A stretch of DNA of 64,000 bases from Mobula hypostoma. Lineage: Eukaryota. The stretch lies in contig NC_086097.1 in NCBI RefSeq assembly GCF_963921235.1, positions 153,700,001 to 153,764,000 on the forward strand, read 5' to 3'. Numbering within the stretch: position 1 is the first letter of the stretch; each line of letters starts with the position of its first letter. The position numbers and the translations under genes were made by a program. A model generated the notes under the pieces. It ran no database searches, was not told the DNA's origin, and was given only the letters and a program-made list of their open reading frames with translations. Below are positions 1 through 11,499 of the stretch, piece by piece.

Positions 1-384
1 ATTGGCACTTTAATGCAGTTTGTGGGAGCTTGCTGTGGGCACATTGTTTATGATGTTTCCTACATCATAACAGCAGTAACATGACAATATAATTAACACT
101 TTATAAGGTTATGAAGGGCAAGAATCCTGATGATTAAATGAAAGGGCTTTTTATCTTTCACCATGTTGAAGAATTCTCTTACTAGGCAAGCCTTTTGCAT
201 CATCCAAGCCTAATTGTAATCACCATGCTCTCTGCACAGAAACTTCTTACTCAGAACTTGCCAATTCCCATTAATTTCAACAATTCCTCACTAACTCATG
301 AAAGTAACAATTGACAATGCCTGAGTCTTGTGAGCTGATTTCTAAGTATAGATTAAGCATTTTGGAATGTCAGACAGAAGGGCA

Positions 385-1090
385 GGACATGTAGAGTGAA
401 TGGTAGAGCACTAGGGAATGGTGATCATAAGGGGAATCTTTGGGTTCAATTTTATTGTGTGTGTGTCTGTGTGTGGAGTGTGGCAAAGTAAGTAGATAGG
501 ATGGTAAAGAGGCATTTGGCACGTTTGCCTTCATAGTTCAGGCGTAATTTTCTTAAAAGGTGACAGTTATGTTCCAACTTTATAGAACACTGACTAGACC
601 ACATTTGAAGCATTATGTACAGTTTAAACTAAGTAAGGATGTAGTTGTGCTAGAGAGAATGGAGAGGAGATCCACTAGGATAACTCCTGGATTAGTTATG
701 GAGAGAGATTGGATGGGCTGGATCCAAGGAAATTGAAGGATTTCCTGTTCGAGCTATATAAAATTAGAGGAGGCATATATAGATAGCCAATACCATTTTC
801 CCATAGCAGTGGTATCAAAAACAAGAGGGCATAGGTGAGAGGAAGGAGATTTAAAAGGAAAGTTTCTTTAGAGGATGGTGTTTATCTGAAACTCACCTGC
901 TGAATGTGTTGGTGGTGTCAGATACATCCATTAGGGTTAAAAGATATTTAGAGAAACACTTAAATATGCGAAACATAGAGGGATATAGACCTAGTGCAGG
1001 CAAATGGGAGCAGTGTAGTTGGACAAAAAGGTTGACATTGACGTGTTGGGCTGAAGGGCCTTGTTTTGAGCTGTACAACTCTTAACTCTT
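385..1090 (+). mobile_element. Old, decayed CR1 LINE 3' fragment
   Basis: Frameshifted remnants of the CR1 ORF2 C-terminus (LYRTL.RPHL..., ER..RRSTR) followed by a CR1-type 3' UTR (GGGCTGAAGGGCCTTGTTT). Confidence 0.8.
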
Positions 1091-1350
1091 AAGATTCCCT
1101 GGTGTTTTTGTGTTATGTTTGTACTCCCTTTTACAAGATCACCGTGCAGTTCCACTTGTGTGATGACCATCTAAGATGGTCCTCTTGTTGATCTCTGACA
1201 TAGTATGGTAAGGTTTCTTGCAATAATGCTTAACACTAAGAAGTAAATCCCCACAGCAAGGTAAGTAACCCAAATCAGTGTGAGTCAATCAATGTCAAAA
1301 TATATGTTTGCATAAACTGTAATGCCCAGTATATCCTGTGCATCAATGTT

Positions 1351-1517
1351 ACTCCTGGATTAGTTATGAAGAGAGATTGGATGGGCTGGATCCAAGGAAA
1401 TTGAAGGATTTCCAGTTCGAGCTATATAAAATTAGAGGAGGCATATATAGATAGCCAATACCTTTTTCCCATAGCAGTGGTATCAAAAACAAGAGGACAT
1501 AGGTGAGAGGAAGGAGA
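1351..1517 (+). repeat. 167-bp near-identical direct copy of 683-849
   Basis: Direct comparison: ACTCCTGGATTAGTTATG...GGTGAGAGGAAGGAGA at both sites, with only a handful of substitutions. Confidence 0.9.
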
Positions 1518-1957
1518 CATTGAACAAGTTAGGTCTTTATTCTTTGGAGCGTAGAAGGTTGACGGGGTCTTGATAGAGGTGTTTAAAATTATGAGGGGGA
1601 TTGATAGAGTTGACATGGATAGGCTTTTTCCATTGAGAGTTGGGAAGGTTCAAACAAGAGGACATGAGTTGAGAGTTAAAGGACAAAAGTTTAGGGGTAA
1701 CATGAGGGGGAGCTTCTTTACTCAGAGAGTGGTAGCTTTGTGGAACGAGCTTCCAGCAGAAGTGGTTGAGGCAGGTTCAATGTTGTTGTTTAACGTTAAA
1801 TTGGATAGCTATATGGACAGGAAAGGAATGGAGGGTTATGGGCTGAGTGCAGGTCGGTGGGACTAGGTGAGAGTAAGAGTTCGGCACAGACTAGAAGGGC
1901 TGAGATGGCCTGTTTCCGTGCTGTAATTGTTATATGGTTATATTTATATATGGTTAC
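1518..1957 (+). mobile_element. CR1 LINE 3' end (young subfamily)
   Basis: ORF 1570-1866 (IEVFKIMRGIDRV...TRGHEL...FFTQRVV..WNELP) is the CR1 ORF2 C-terminus, followed by a TATATGGT-type tail. A closely similar copy lies at 38024-38440 (-). Confidence 0.92.
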
Positions 1958-2149
1958 ATCTGGATGCTGATAAAATAACAATCTACATACCTATTTTCAT
2001 GCTATTTCATGTGCATTCTGAGCCATCTTTGCTTCTACCACTCTGAGAAAGGTGGTTTCGTGGTATAAAAGGACAGGATTTGAAATCACAGAAAACTAAA
2101 GGTGAAAGAAGAAAAGTTCTTGTTGCATCGCAGAGATGAAGAATAACAG

Positions 2150-3950
2150 GGAACTGTATTTATGAGACTTTACAACTTACAAGTAATGATTACATTAGAG
2201 CGAAAAGTGCCTTGTCTATATATTTTATCCTGCAGCCCAATGTGATTTCCAGGATGATTGTGTTTCATCATACAAGGCAAGAAAGAAAAGGAGCAAGAGA
2301 TCAATGTTGTATGCATCTGAGGCAAATTGCCACAAATGAGAACTTTCTTATTTTGAACAAAAACTGAAAGCACAAAGCACAGAAGGGTGCACATCAAACT
2401 AACTTCAACGAAAGCCCTTGAATGGGATATCAAACTGACTGAGCTGCTTGAGTTAGCAAGGCCATTGTCACTTTCAGAGAAAAAAATACAGATAATGTAG
2501 AAAGAGGACAAGATGCTGCAGTGAATAGAATCAATGGAGCAGATAAACTTCAGGGTAGAATTTCTTGCTCAAAGCTATAAACTGAGCACTGACCGGCATT
2601 CGGAAGAGAAACAGAACTCAGAGCAGTGCTACCATTGCATTTGCAGCTAGCACCATAAAATAGAATGCCTCCTAAAGGAAAACTGTGAAAGTTGTGCAGA
2701 GAATGCATCTATTTTATTGTTATCATTTACCAAAACTGATGTATCAGAGCTGATTAAAGCTTCTAGTGAATGCAGAAACTAATGTAGAGATCAACACCAG
2801 TTCTGACATTATTGCATCACACTCACAAACACACTTGGTCATAACCAAAAGTGAACAGTTGCAACTTGCAAGCCAATGTATAGGTTAATACCAGTGCATT
2901 TGTTGCAAGTATACACACCTTTTGAAGTTCTTCCCATATTTAATATTTTCAAGTGAAGTTGAAGAATGAAATATTTGATTTGTGATTATGAATACGATGC
3001 CCAAATGATGAAATGCATAAAAGGAACATGTTATCTTGTCAGTATTTGACACATGTTCAGTTATAAAAATAGAAACATTATGGAAACTGTGCCCTTGTGT
3101 GAAAACCACATACATGCTTCAAGAAGCACAGGAAATTCAAGAATGAATTCACAATTGCACTTGAGCTATGAATAATCACCTTCGTCCCATAGTAGCCAAT
3201 GAAGTTTGCTCACAAAGAGCCATTGAGAAACCATGAAAATAGAACAATTGCCTTATTGTTCTATGAAAATATATTTTTTTCAAGAAGATGTTTTCCATGA
3301 ATACATTGAAGGCTGAATGCAAAATACAACAACCGTCTTGTCCATCAATGTGTCACAATTTCAACATTCCAAGAACTGATGCAAAATGTTGAAATTATAC
3401 AAAGGGCCTCAGATGAAAGTCAGTGTTGATTTGGCAGACCTAGACTCTGGTAATTATTTGCTAATACTGTATATATTGAGGACTATAGTAGAACCTCAGC
3501 TGTGGAAGTTGTAACTTCAACATCTGCGGAGTCTACATTTCTTGACTTTGATCATGCCTTTCCACTGTTTGGTGATTTGAAAACAACGTGATTAGAGATT
3601 ATGAACTGATGATCAAAAGTATTAAGTTCAGAAATGTTCAGCTTCCTTAGGTTTCACACATTGCAAAATCATGCCAACACTAAAGAAAGTTGTCTGCAGA
3701 GGATAATCACAGAAGCAAAGACTTTATGTGAAACTGCACATGGAACTACAGAAATATCACCAGGAAAGCTGGAGAATTATATCACACAAAACATGCCCTT
3801 CGAACAACTTCCCACCATCAGTGAATCTGAAACAGGTAACCTCTAGAGTGAAGAGCAAGTTAGTAAAACCATTGAAACAAGATCCAACATACCTAGACAA
3901 TAAAAAAAATCATTATCCATTGTGTGAACAGGAACATTCCTCATAAATGA
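2150..3950 (+). mobile_element. Highly decayed Ty3/Gypsy (K02A2.6-like) gag-pol relic
   Basis: Manual translation: Cys/His knuckle-like segment near 2625-2715, VFDT protease-like motif near 3045, and integrase core VSVDLADLDSGNYLL...EDYSR..AVEVVTSTSA (3419-3530) plus LGFTHCKIMP (~3647). Confidence 0.6.
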
Positions 3951-4274
3951 AAATCTTTGAAGCAAAAGTGATGTAAAGATTATGAAACTCGGAACCTTTC
4001 TTTTATATAGCATGAAGAAAGAAATGCTTGTTTTACTAGTTTCCTCTTATTCTCATGGTTGGTTAATGCATTTCCAGTTTTAGGAACAGCATATGTATTC
4101 CTGCATAAGTCTGAATGTAATTCTGAGCATACCAAGTATTTGGGAATGGCAATAAAGAAAGCAGACATTGTTTGCTTCAAGTTGATATAAATAATCACAG
4201 ATATAAGGATTAGGCAGTCATATTTTATGAGCTGACATGATGAGTGTTTATTGTAAATGGAATTAAATACAGTT

Positions 4275-4725
4275 TTGAGTGGCCCACTACAGGAAGGACA
4301 TAAAAATGATGGGAAATGTGGACTGTAATTTCATTTTGAATTATACTAGTGAAAATGAGTTACAGCTTTGGAAGTGGCCATGAGAAGGCAAGGACTGTTC
4401 ACTGGAGGGAGGAAGATTAAGAGTAACCCTCAAGATTATTAATAGTTACAATAAGATAAATCGTGAAAGATTTGTGGCGAAAATCTACTTTGCGGCGAAG
4501 CTGCAATATTAGATCATAAGTTTAAGACATTTATGAAAAAAAGAGATTTAAAAGGGAGGTTAGTAAAATTTCTCCACATGATTAAATTCCACCATAAATA
4601 GTAAAACTCATAAACTATTTGGAAAGGAAGTGCATAGTGTGTGATAAAGAGCAATATTAAAATTAATGAATTGTGACTGCTGTCTGAAAGTGAGCATTGA
4701 CCTGCATGTTCCTGTGCTGCTGTTT
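4275..4725 (+). mobile_element. Very old CR1 3' fragment
   Basis: CAGTTTTGAGTGGCCCACTACAGGAAGGACAT (QF..PHYRKD-like) followed by degenerate CR1 3' sequence. Confidence 0.5.
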
Positions 4726-4849
4726 GTTAAAAGCTGGCCATTTACTGTGTGAAGGGCCTTGTGGTCTATGAAGACTGTGACATGGTTAAGGAGTCTGCAT
4801 GCTCTATGAGTGCCACAGACAGCAACTGAGATTGTGAATTTTGGGTGTC

Positions 4850-5400
4850 TTACAAAGCAATGTTGCCGTCTTGTCTTTCTCCTGTTATTTTACTTGATAC
4901 TTAACCTGATAAACAAAACATTTGTGAATTTATTGATGTCTTGGTGCTCTACTGGTTGACTGTATCTGTCCCTTATGGAAAGCCAGAGCAAGATCAGAAA
5001 TATCGAAGATGAATGCTTGCTTTTGCTGGAGGGGACCTTGTGACTGAGGTTGTCTGTAGATATCCTGACAGCAAATTCTGTAAGTGATTCAGCAGCAAAC
5101 ATCGGTCCATAAAGACAACTTCCTGGAGACTTGAAAAGGTGTTTCTGTGGATATTTGCAGCAAATCATCTCTAAGAATACACTCGGAACAGCATCTGTTG
5201 ATTCCTACATTATATACATCATTCTAATGACAGCAATTCAGAGCTGGTATCATTTTCTGCACCATAGGTGCTTGTTTATATTGTTTTCTGCTACTGCTTC
5301 TTCAAAGTTATGGCAAGTTGAGGACAACACTTGCTTTCCCTACACTTTCAAGTTACAAAGTGGTACTGCCAAAAGAGCTTTAATTTGGAGCTTACTGTAT
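4850..5400 (-). mobile_element. Possible Gypsy integrase relic
   Basis: Minus-strand translation gives QEVVF/GPMFAAESLTEFA and QTTSVTRSP, resembling the integrase SDNGPQF...F..FA...TSSP region. Multiple frameshifts. Confidence 0.35.
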
Positions 5401-6044
5401 TAATAAATTTTACCACATTTTTTATCTTCCTTATTTGCCATTGTAATAGTTAAGAGATTTAGAAATACACTTTTGCTACTATTTCCCAGCCTCAAATAGT
5501 TTATAAAAGAGTCTGCCAGCAAAGCCCTTGCCACAAGACCAAAGGCTCTGCTTGCTTCCAGTTCTTACAATAGAAATAATTCTTTCAGATGACACAACAG
5601 TTTTGTTATGGAATCGTGACACAAGTACCAGTGGCCGAGACTATTACTTTGGAGACATACATGCAAATTTCATCATGGCAACAATAATTTTGACTAAAAC
5701 CTGCATTGATTGGCTAATAATTCTGTCCAGGCTGTCCTTAGTGTGTGCAAGTACTTCTGCATTCTGTACTATCCTCGACAGCAGACATAATGTGTATTGC
5801 TGTCTGGCTGCCAAGGGAAATGTGCCTTTGAAGTCTGATGCCCTTCATCAATCTGCAGTGCACCCAAGCGGCAGTCTCTGTGTTCAATTGTGTATCAGCC
5901 TGCAAAGGTTAGAGTTTAACATTTCTTTGTTGGAAACCATGCTGATGTTGTACAATTTGCAACTTTGTAAGCTTCACATGAAAGCTGATTGATTGGAGCA
6001 CAATCTGTAACAGTGTTTCAGAAAGGTGATACCCAAATGTGGAG

Positions 6045-6650
6045 TCATAGAAACATAGAAATATAGAAAACCTACAGCACAATACGGGCCCTTCGGCCCA
6101 CAATGCTGCGCCACACATGTACTTACTTTAGAAATTACTTTGGGTTACCCATAGCCCTCTATTTCTCTAAGCTCCAGGTACCTATCAAGGAGTCTCTAGA
6201 AAGACCCTATTGTATCCGTCTACACCACAGTTGCCAGCAGCCCATTCCATGCACCCACCACTCTCTGCGTAAAAAAACTTACCCCTGACATCTCCTCTGT
6301 ACCGACTTCCAAGCACCTCAAAACTGTCCCCTCGCGTGTTAGCCATTTCAGTCCTGGGAAAAAATCTCTTACCATCCACGTGGTCAATGCCTCTCACCAT
6401 TTTATACACCTCCATCAGATCACCTCTCATCCTCCGTCGCTCCAAGGTGAAAAGGCCAAGTTCACTCAACCTATTCTCATAAGGCATTGTCCCCAATCCA
6501 GGCAACATCCTTGTAGATCTCCTCTGCACCCTTTCTATAGTTTCCAAATCCTTCCTGTAGTGAGGTGACCAGAACTGAGCACAGTACTCCAAGTGGGGTC
6601 TGACCAGGGTCCTATATAGCTGTAACATTACCTCTCGGCTCTTGAACGCA
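6045..6650 (-). mobile_element. CR1 LINE 3' fragment
   Basis: ORF 6185-6676: SREVMLQLYRTLVRPHLEYCAQFWSPHYRKD...RGDLMEVYK; (CATAGAAA)n tail at ~6046-6070. Confidence 0.93.
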
Positions 6651-6804
6651 CCTTGGTGTTTGGTACTAATTGTCATAATTTGCCGTCACTCCTTTCAATA
6701 CAATATTTTCAAAGCAATTTTATATGGGCAAGATATCATCTGGCCAATATCATCTACATTGCAGTAAACAGTTTTTAAAGAAAATAATGCGAGGTAATTC
6801 CATT

Positions 6805-7028
6805 CAACACACCAACACACACAAAATGCTGGAGGAACTCAGCAGGCCAGGCAGCATCTGCGGAAAAGTGTACAGTCAATGTTTTGGGCCGAGTGTACAG
6901 CAGGACTCCGCCCGAAGTGTGGACTGTTTACTCTTTTCCATAGATTTTGCCTGGCCTGCTGAGTTCCTCCAGCAGTTTGTGCGTGTTACTTGGATTTCCA
7001 GCATTTGCAGATTTTCTCTTGTTCGTGA
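6805..7028. mobile_element. Short palindromic non-autonomous element related to the Penelope terminal repeat
   Basis: Arms ACACACAAAATGCTGGAGGAACTCAGCAGGCCAGGCA / TGCCTGGCCTGCTGAGTTCCTCCAGCAG. Flanked by a 13-bp direct repeat AGGTAATTCCATT (6792-6804, 7029-7041). Confidence 0.85.
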
Positions 7029-7847
7029 AGGTAATTCCATTGTCCATCTACTCTGACATAAGAATGCAGTATACAGTAGTTGAATGTAAAGGAGGGGAAA
7101 ACAAACAATACTTTTGACTAAAATCTACATAGGTTGGCTAATAATTCTGTCCAGTCTGAGGTTAGTGTGTGCAAATACTTGTACATTCTTACTTAAGGAA
7201 TCTGAAGATTTTTTTTAATTGAAGGTCAAAGTTGAGCTGCTTGGCATGCCATAATCAACCACAAGGCTCTCATAAAAGGAATATTGATGAGAAGCAATAA
7301 TGATTGAAATTTGGTGCTGTGTACCTGGTTTATTCAAGCACATTAAAAACAACAGAATTAGCAAATCCACACCTAGAAAACTTCACACAAATACTTGAAA
7401 GTAAATCTGATGTTTTTAAAAAGTAATCTTGCAAATAATCTTAAATGGCAGAATTATGGAGAAAAATTGATGGGTTAAAGGGTCAGGGGAAGGCAAATTT
7501 CGATTTCCTAATCAATTAAGAGAAGGCTGAGTGGTTAAATACAACCTAATTTTACATGAAAACTAAGCAATAAATTTCAATATGCAGAATCTGTGATTAA
7601 TGTTGAGTTTATTTGGTAACCGAGGTACACCTGTGAATATGAAATTCCAGAAAATGACACTTTCTGAGTTTGTTTGTCTCTCAGTGTTAAAAAAGAGGGA
7701 AATAATTTAAAGAGTCCTATGTTGTGGCACTGTCCGTCATGTGTTTTCAAATGTATACATCATTTCATTACAAGGGCAGGGTCCTGAGCAGTGTTTATCA
7801 AACTTTCCTGTATTAATTCGGTTTCTTAATGTGTGCTCTTTGCAGAA

Positions 7848-8175
7848 AGTGCACAGAGTGTCAGCAGTTAGTGCTGCTACTTCATAGTTGCAGCATCATG
7901 ACTTCAAACGTGTTCTCCAGAGCTTTTTTTTATGAATGTTGTGCATCATCCAGTGACTGCATGGGTTTCTCCCTCATTTCCAAAATGCTTGCTAGTTGGT
8001 AGATTAACTGTGAATCACCCCTTGTGTAGGTGGATTGTAGGAGAGGCAGGGTGGAGTTAGAGGATATGTGAGAGCATAGGACACAAGAAAATCAGTGCAG
8101 GAATGAAATTCATGACATTGCTCTGAAAACTACCATAGAATAAATGGGCTGAATGGTTGCCTCTATGTTGTAAGA
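7848..8175 (+). mobile_element. Decayed tRNA-derived V-SINE-like element
   Basis: tRNA-like head plus degenerate V-domain (GTGACTGCATGGGTTTCTCC...CCCAAA...GGTAGATTAACTG). Confidence 0.5.
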
Positions 8176-9435
8176 AAACTTAAGGAAAACAGAGTTCAGT
8201 GCTTCCAGATAACCAGAAAGGCAGAGCCCTAATCTATCTTGTGAAGAAGAAATGCGGGGGAGAAAATGATAAAAAAACACTGCACTGTGATAAAAAGAAT
8301 GGCCATCTCTGCTGCAGCAAAGGAATTAAATTACTAAAAGAAGGCATTAAGCATTCACCTGCTATCTTGACAAAAAAGCATAATTTACAGGTCATAATGT
8401 CTGCAGCTCCCAGAAAATACCACAGTACATTAGTTCTGATGTTAATTTGCATTATGCATTGAAAATCAAAAAGAAAGTGTGAAGCTCTTTATTGCATTAT
8501 GCTTGTCTTACAAATGTGGCAGCATTAAAATATTGTAAAGCCATCTCAAAAATAGTGTAATTGCCAATGAATAGCTGTCCAGGAATGGACTAAATATGAA
8601 AATTATAGGCAGTAGAATGTAATAGAATAGAAACAGACCGTTTGTTTATTGTGTCAGTGAGAGATATTATTGAGCCTGCTTACATCAGTTTTCAGATGGT
8701 GCACTTCAGCTGTGTTTGGTGGTGATGGGGGGAGGGGGAAATTCTTCATCACACCCCCGGTACTTCAGCAATTATGTTAAATATCTGCCACGCCCCTGAC
8801 CATTAACCTTTTGCCATTGTTTCCAATTTCACTATCAAAGCCCTTTATGATTCTGAACATCTCAATTAAACCTCCCTTTAACCTTCTCAAAATGAATGAA
8901 ATCAACCACACCACCTAGACTCTCCATTACATCATCAGAAACAACATCACGACATCATTTTGCAAATTTAAGGAGAACAGCCTGATTCAAAGATATTGGT
9001 TGCATGTCACATTAGCTTACTGGCCAATTTATCCCTTCTATATTTTCCTTCATTATGAGCCATAATATGTGGAGGTGAATTTAATGTAGCCGAAAGCCTC
9101 ATATCATATCTCAAAAATATAACTTCTATTTAAGTAACATTTCAATATTAATATTTTAATTTGATATCTACAACTAGATGCTTTGCCCTTATACAGAATT
9201 CACATGTAACTGGCAGAAGTGTCCAAGAGCATTGATCTATTTCATAGAATTTTCTCAGAAAGTGCATATTTCACTTTTCAGATGTGTTTTCGTTCATGCA
9301 CTGTCTCCCATCAGCCTGCCCTGAGGCCTTCACATGCATACAACAGGAATTCTGCAGATACTGGAAATTCAAGCAACACACATCAAAGTTGCTGGTGAAT
9401 GCAGCAGGCCAGGCAGCATCTCTAGGAAGAGGTAC

Positions 9436-9471
9436 ATTCGATGTTTCAGGCCGAGACCCTTCGTCAGGACT
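9436..9471 (-). ncRNA. Mutated minimal hammerhead ribozyme motif
   Basis: Minus strand reads AGTC-CTGACGA-AGGGTCTCGGCCT-GAAAC-ATC-GAAT. Core boxes are intact, but the ACGT palindrome and stem I each carry a substitution. Confidence 0.6.
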
Positions 9472-10108
9472 AACTGAAGGAAGAGTTAGTAAGAGATTTG
9501 AAAGTGGGAGGGGGAGAGGGAGATCCAAAATGATAGGAGAAGACAGGAGGGGGAGGGATGGAGCCAAGAGCTGGACAGGTGATTGGCAAAGGGGATATGA
9601 GAGGATCATGGGACAGGGGGTCCGGGGAGAAAGACAAGGGGGGGGGCGGTGAACCAGAGGATGGACAAGAGGTATTGTCAGAGGGACAGAGGGAGAAAAA
9701 GGAGAGTGAGAGAAAGAATGTGTGTATAAAAATAAATAACGGATGGGGTACGAGGGGGAGGTGGGGCATTAGCGGAAGTTAGAGAAGTCAATGTTCATGC
9801 CATCACTTCCGCTAATGCCCTACCTCCCCCTCGTACCCCTTCCGTTATTTATATACACACATTCTTTCTCTCACTCTCCTTTTTCTCCCTCTGTCCCTCT
9901 GACTATACCCCTTGTCCATCCTCTGGGTTCCCCCCCTCCCCCTTTTCCTTCTCCCTGGGCCTCCTGTCCCATGATCCTCTCATATCCCTTTTGCCTATCA
10001 CCTGTCCAGCTCTTGGCTCCATCCCTCCCCCTCCTGTCTTCTCCTATCATTTTGGATCTCCCCCTCCCCCTCCCACTTTCAAATCTCTTACTAACTCTTC
10101 CTACAGTT

Positions 10109-10144
10109 AGTCCTGACGAAGGGTCTCAGCCTGAAACGTCGACT
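10109..10144 (+). ncRNA. Minimal type I hammerhead ribozyme motif
   Basis: AGTC-CTGACGA-AGG(GTCTCAG)CCT-GAAAC-GTC-GACT: CUGANGA and GAAA boxes, stem II AGG/CCT, stem I AGTC/GACT, GUC cleavage triplet. Confidence 0.8.
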
Positions 10145-11499
10145 GTACCTCTTCCTAGAGATGCTGCCTGGCCTGCTACATTCACCAGCAACTTTGCTGT
10201 GTGTTGCCTTCACATGCATGTTTAATTGGTTCCAATTGTGATTCATAAACTTTCTTTTATTTCTCCCATCTCGCCATTACATTGGATAAGACTACTTACA
10301 GCGAAGGTACAAACTGAAAATGTGTTGTTTTAAAATTGAAACATGTAAAACGCTGGAAAAAGATGAAAATCTTGATGTTCTTATGAGGGATTTCACAATC
10401 TTAACAATTTATGTCATTAATGTGTGAAGCTTAAAGGATTCTTTGTCAGCTCGGAGTGATAAATGAATTTGAGTCACATATTTAAACGTTCACACATAGA
10501 ATGCAATGTGGAGTTACTTTTTGAGCAATCTTCAAGTAATCAGTTTAATCATGCAACCAGCATCCTCACCCCAATCTTCCATCAGAATTTCAGTTTCCTA
10601 TGGACGCCAGATTGTTGAGTGTATACTATAAAAGTCCTATGACGGGGACCCCAACACTAAGGAGCTACCACTGCCAACAATGGATGTGATGATGAGACCT
10701 CCAAGCAGCTGGCATTGTTTTAGCAGATCAGCCGTACAGTTTCCAGATCTAATTTTTCTGCCTGCATTTTCTCCTAATGATGTCCCTCTGGTGACATATG
10801 CATACTTTGATAATAAATTTAATTTGAACTTTGAGTCTCTGTCAAGACTTCACTCCCTTTTTTTCTGGGAACTTGACCTCCATTTAGCCTTTATAGTTCA
10901 GGTATCAGGAACGACTTCATCAGAGATTTCCCTGTGGTTGCAATTAATAAGTGAAGGGAGAAGGAAGCAGACAGGGGATTGACAAATCCTAACCAATTGC
11001 TGGCTGTTCATTTCTGACTTGTACTTTATCCGCACCCTGGTGTCCCAATACCATCAGCAGGAAATGTTAACTTAATGGAGCAAGAAAATACAGCAGATGG
11101 AAGAACGAAGTGCGCTCATTGTGGGATTAACTGACACATGGTAAATCTCCAAGCACTATACAGAATTTTTCACCGAAGGCTGCTTTAAATTAAAATGAAG
11201 AAAATTAATAACAATATTGACACAGTGTACATTAGCTTCTAAGTAGACTTGCAGGGGGGAGAGGAGAAAGCTGCTATTTATACTTATATCACAAAAATAA
11301 TTTTTAATGACTTACTTATTAAACCAAGGAGAAATATATGCATTTTGCAAACAAGCATATAGGAAAGCAGGAATGGAATTACAAGATGCTGCAAATTTGG
11401 GCTCTGGATAATACACTTAAAACAATTTCAGCTTAAGCTTCCCTATTCTGATGCATCAAACTGTTTTCTCTAATGGTTATAACGCTGGTAAGGATTGAA

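Larger units (their letters stand above)
9340..10205. mobile_element. Fold-back (inverted) pair of Penelope-like terminal repeats
   Basis: 9373-9779 is the reverse complement of 9805-10207, and both match 17352-17760. TSD GCCTTCACATGCAT at 9326-9339 and 10206-10219. Confidence 0.93.

Noticed and set aside
5528..5992. 154-aa ORF
   Set aside because: Non-ATG start, no domain signature, and length compatible with chance.
9271..10225. Several 74-144 aa ORFs in the fold-back element (also 17349-17790)
   Set aside because: They are low-complexity translations of the non-coding Penelope terminal repeat.
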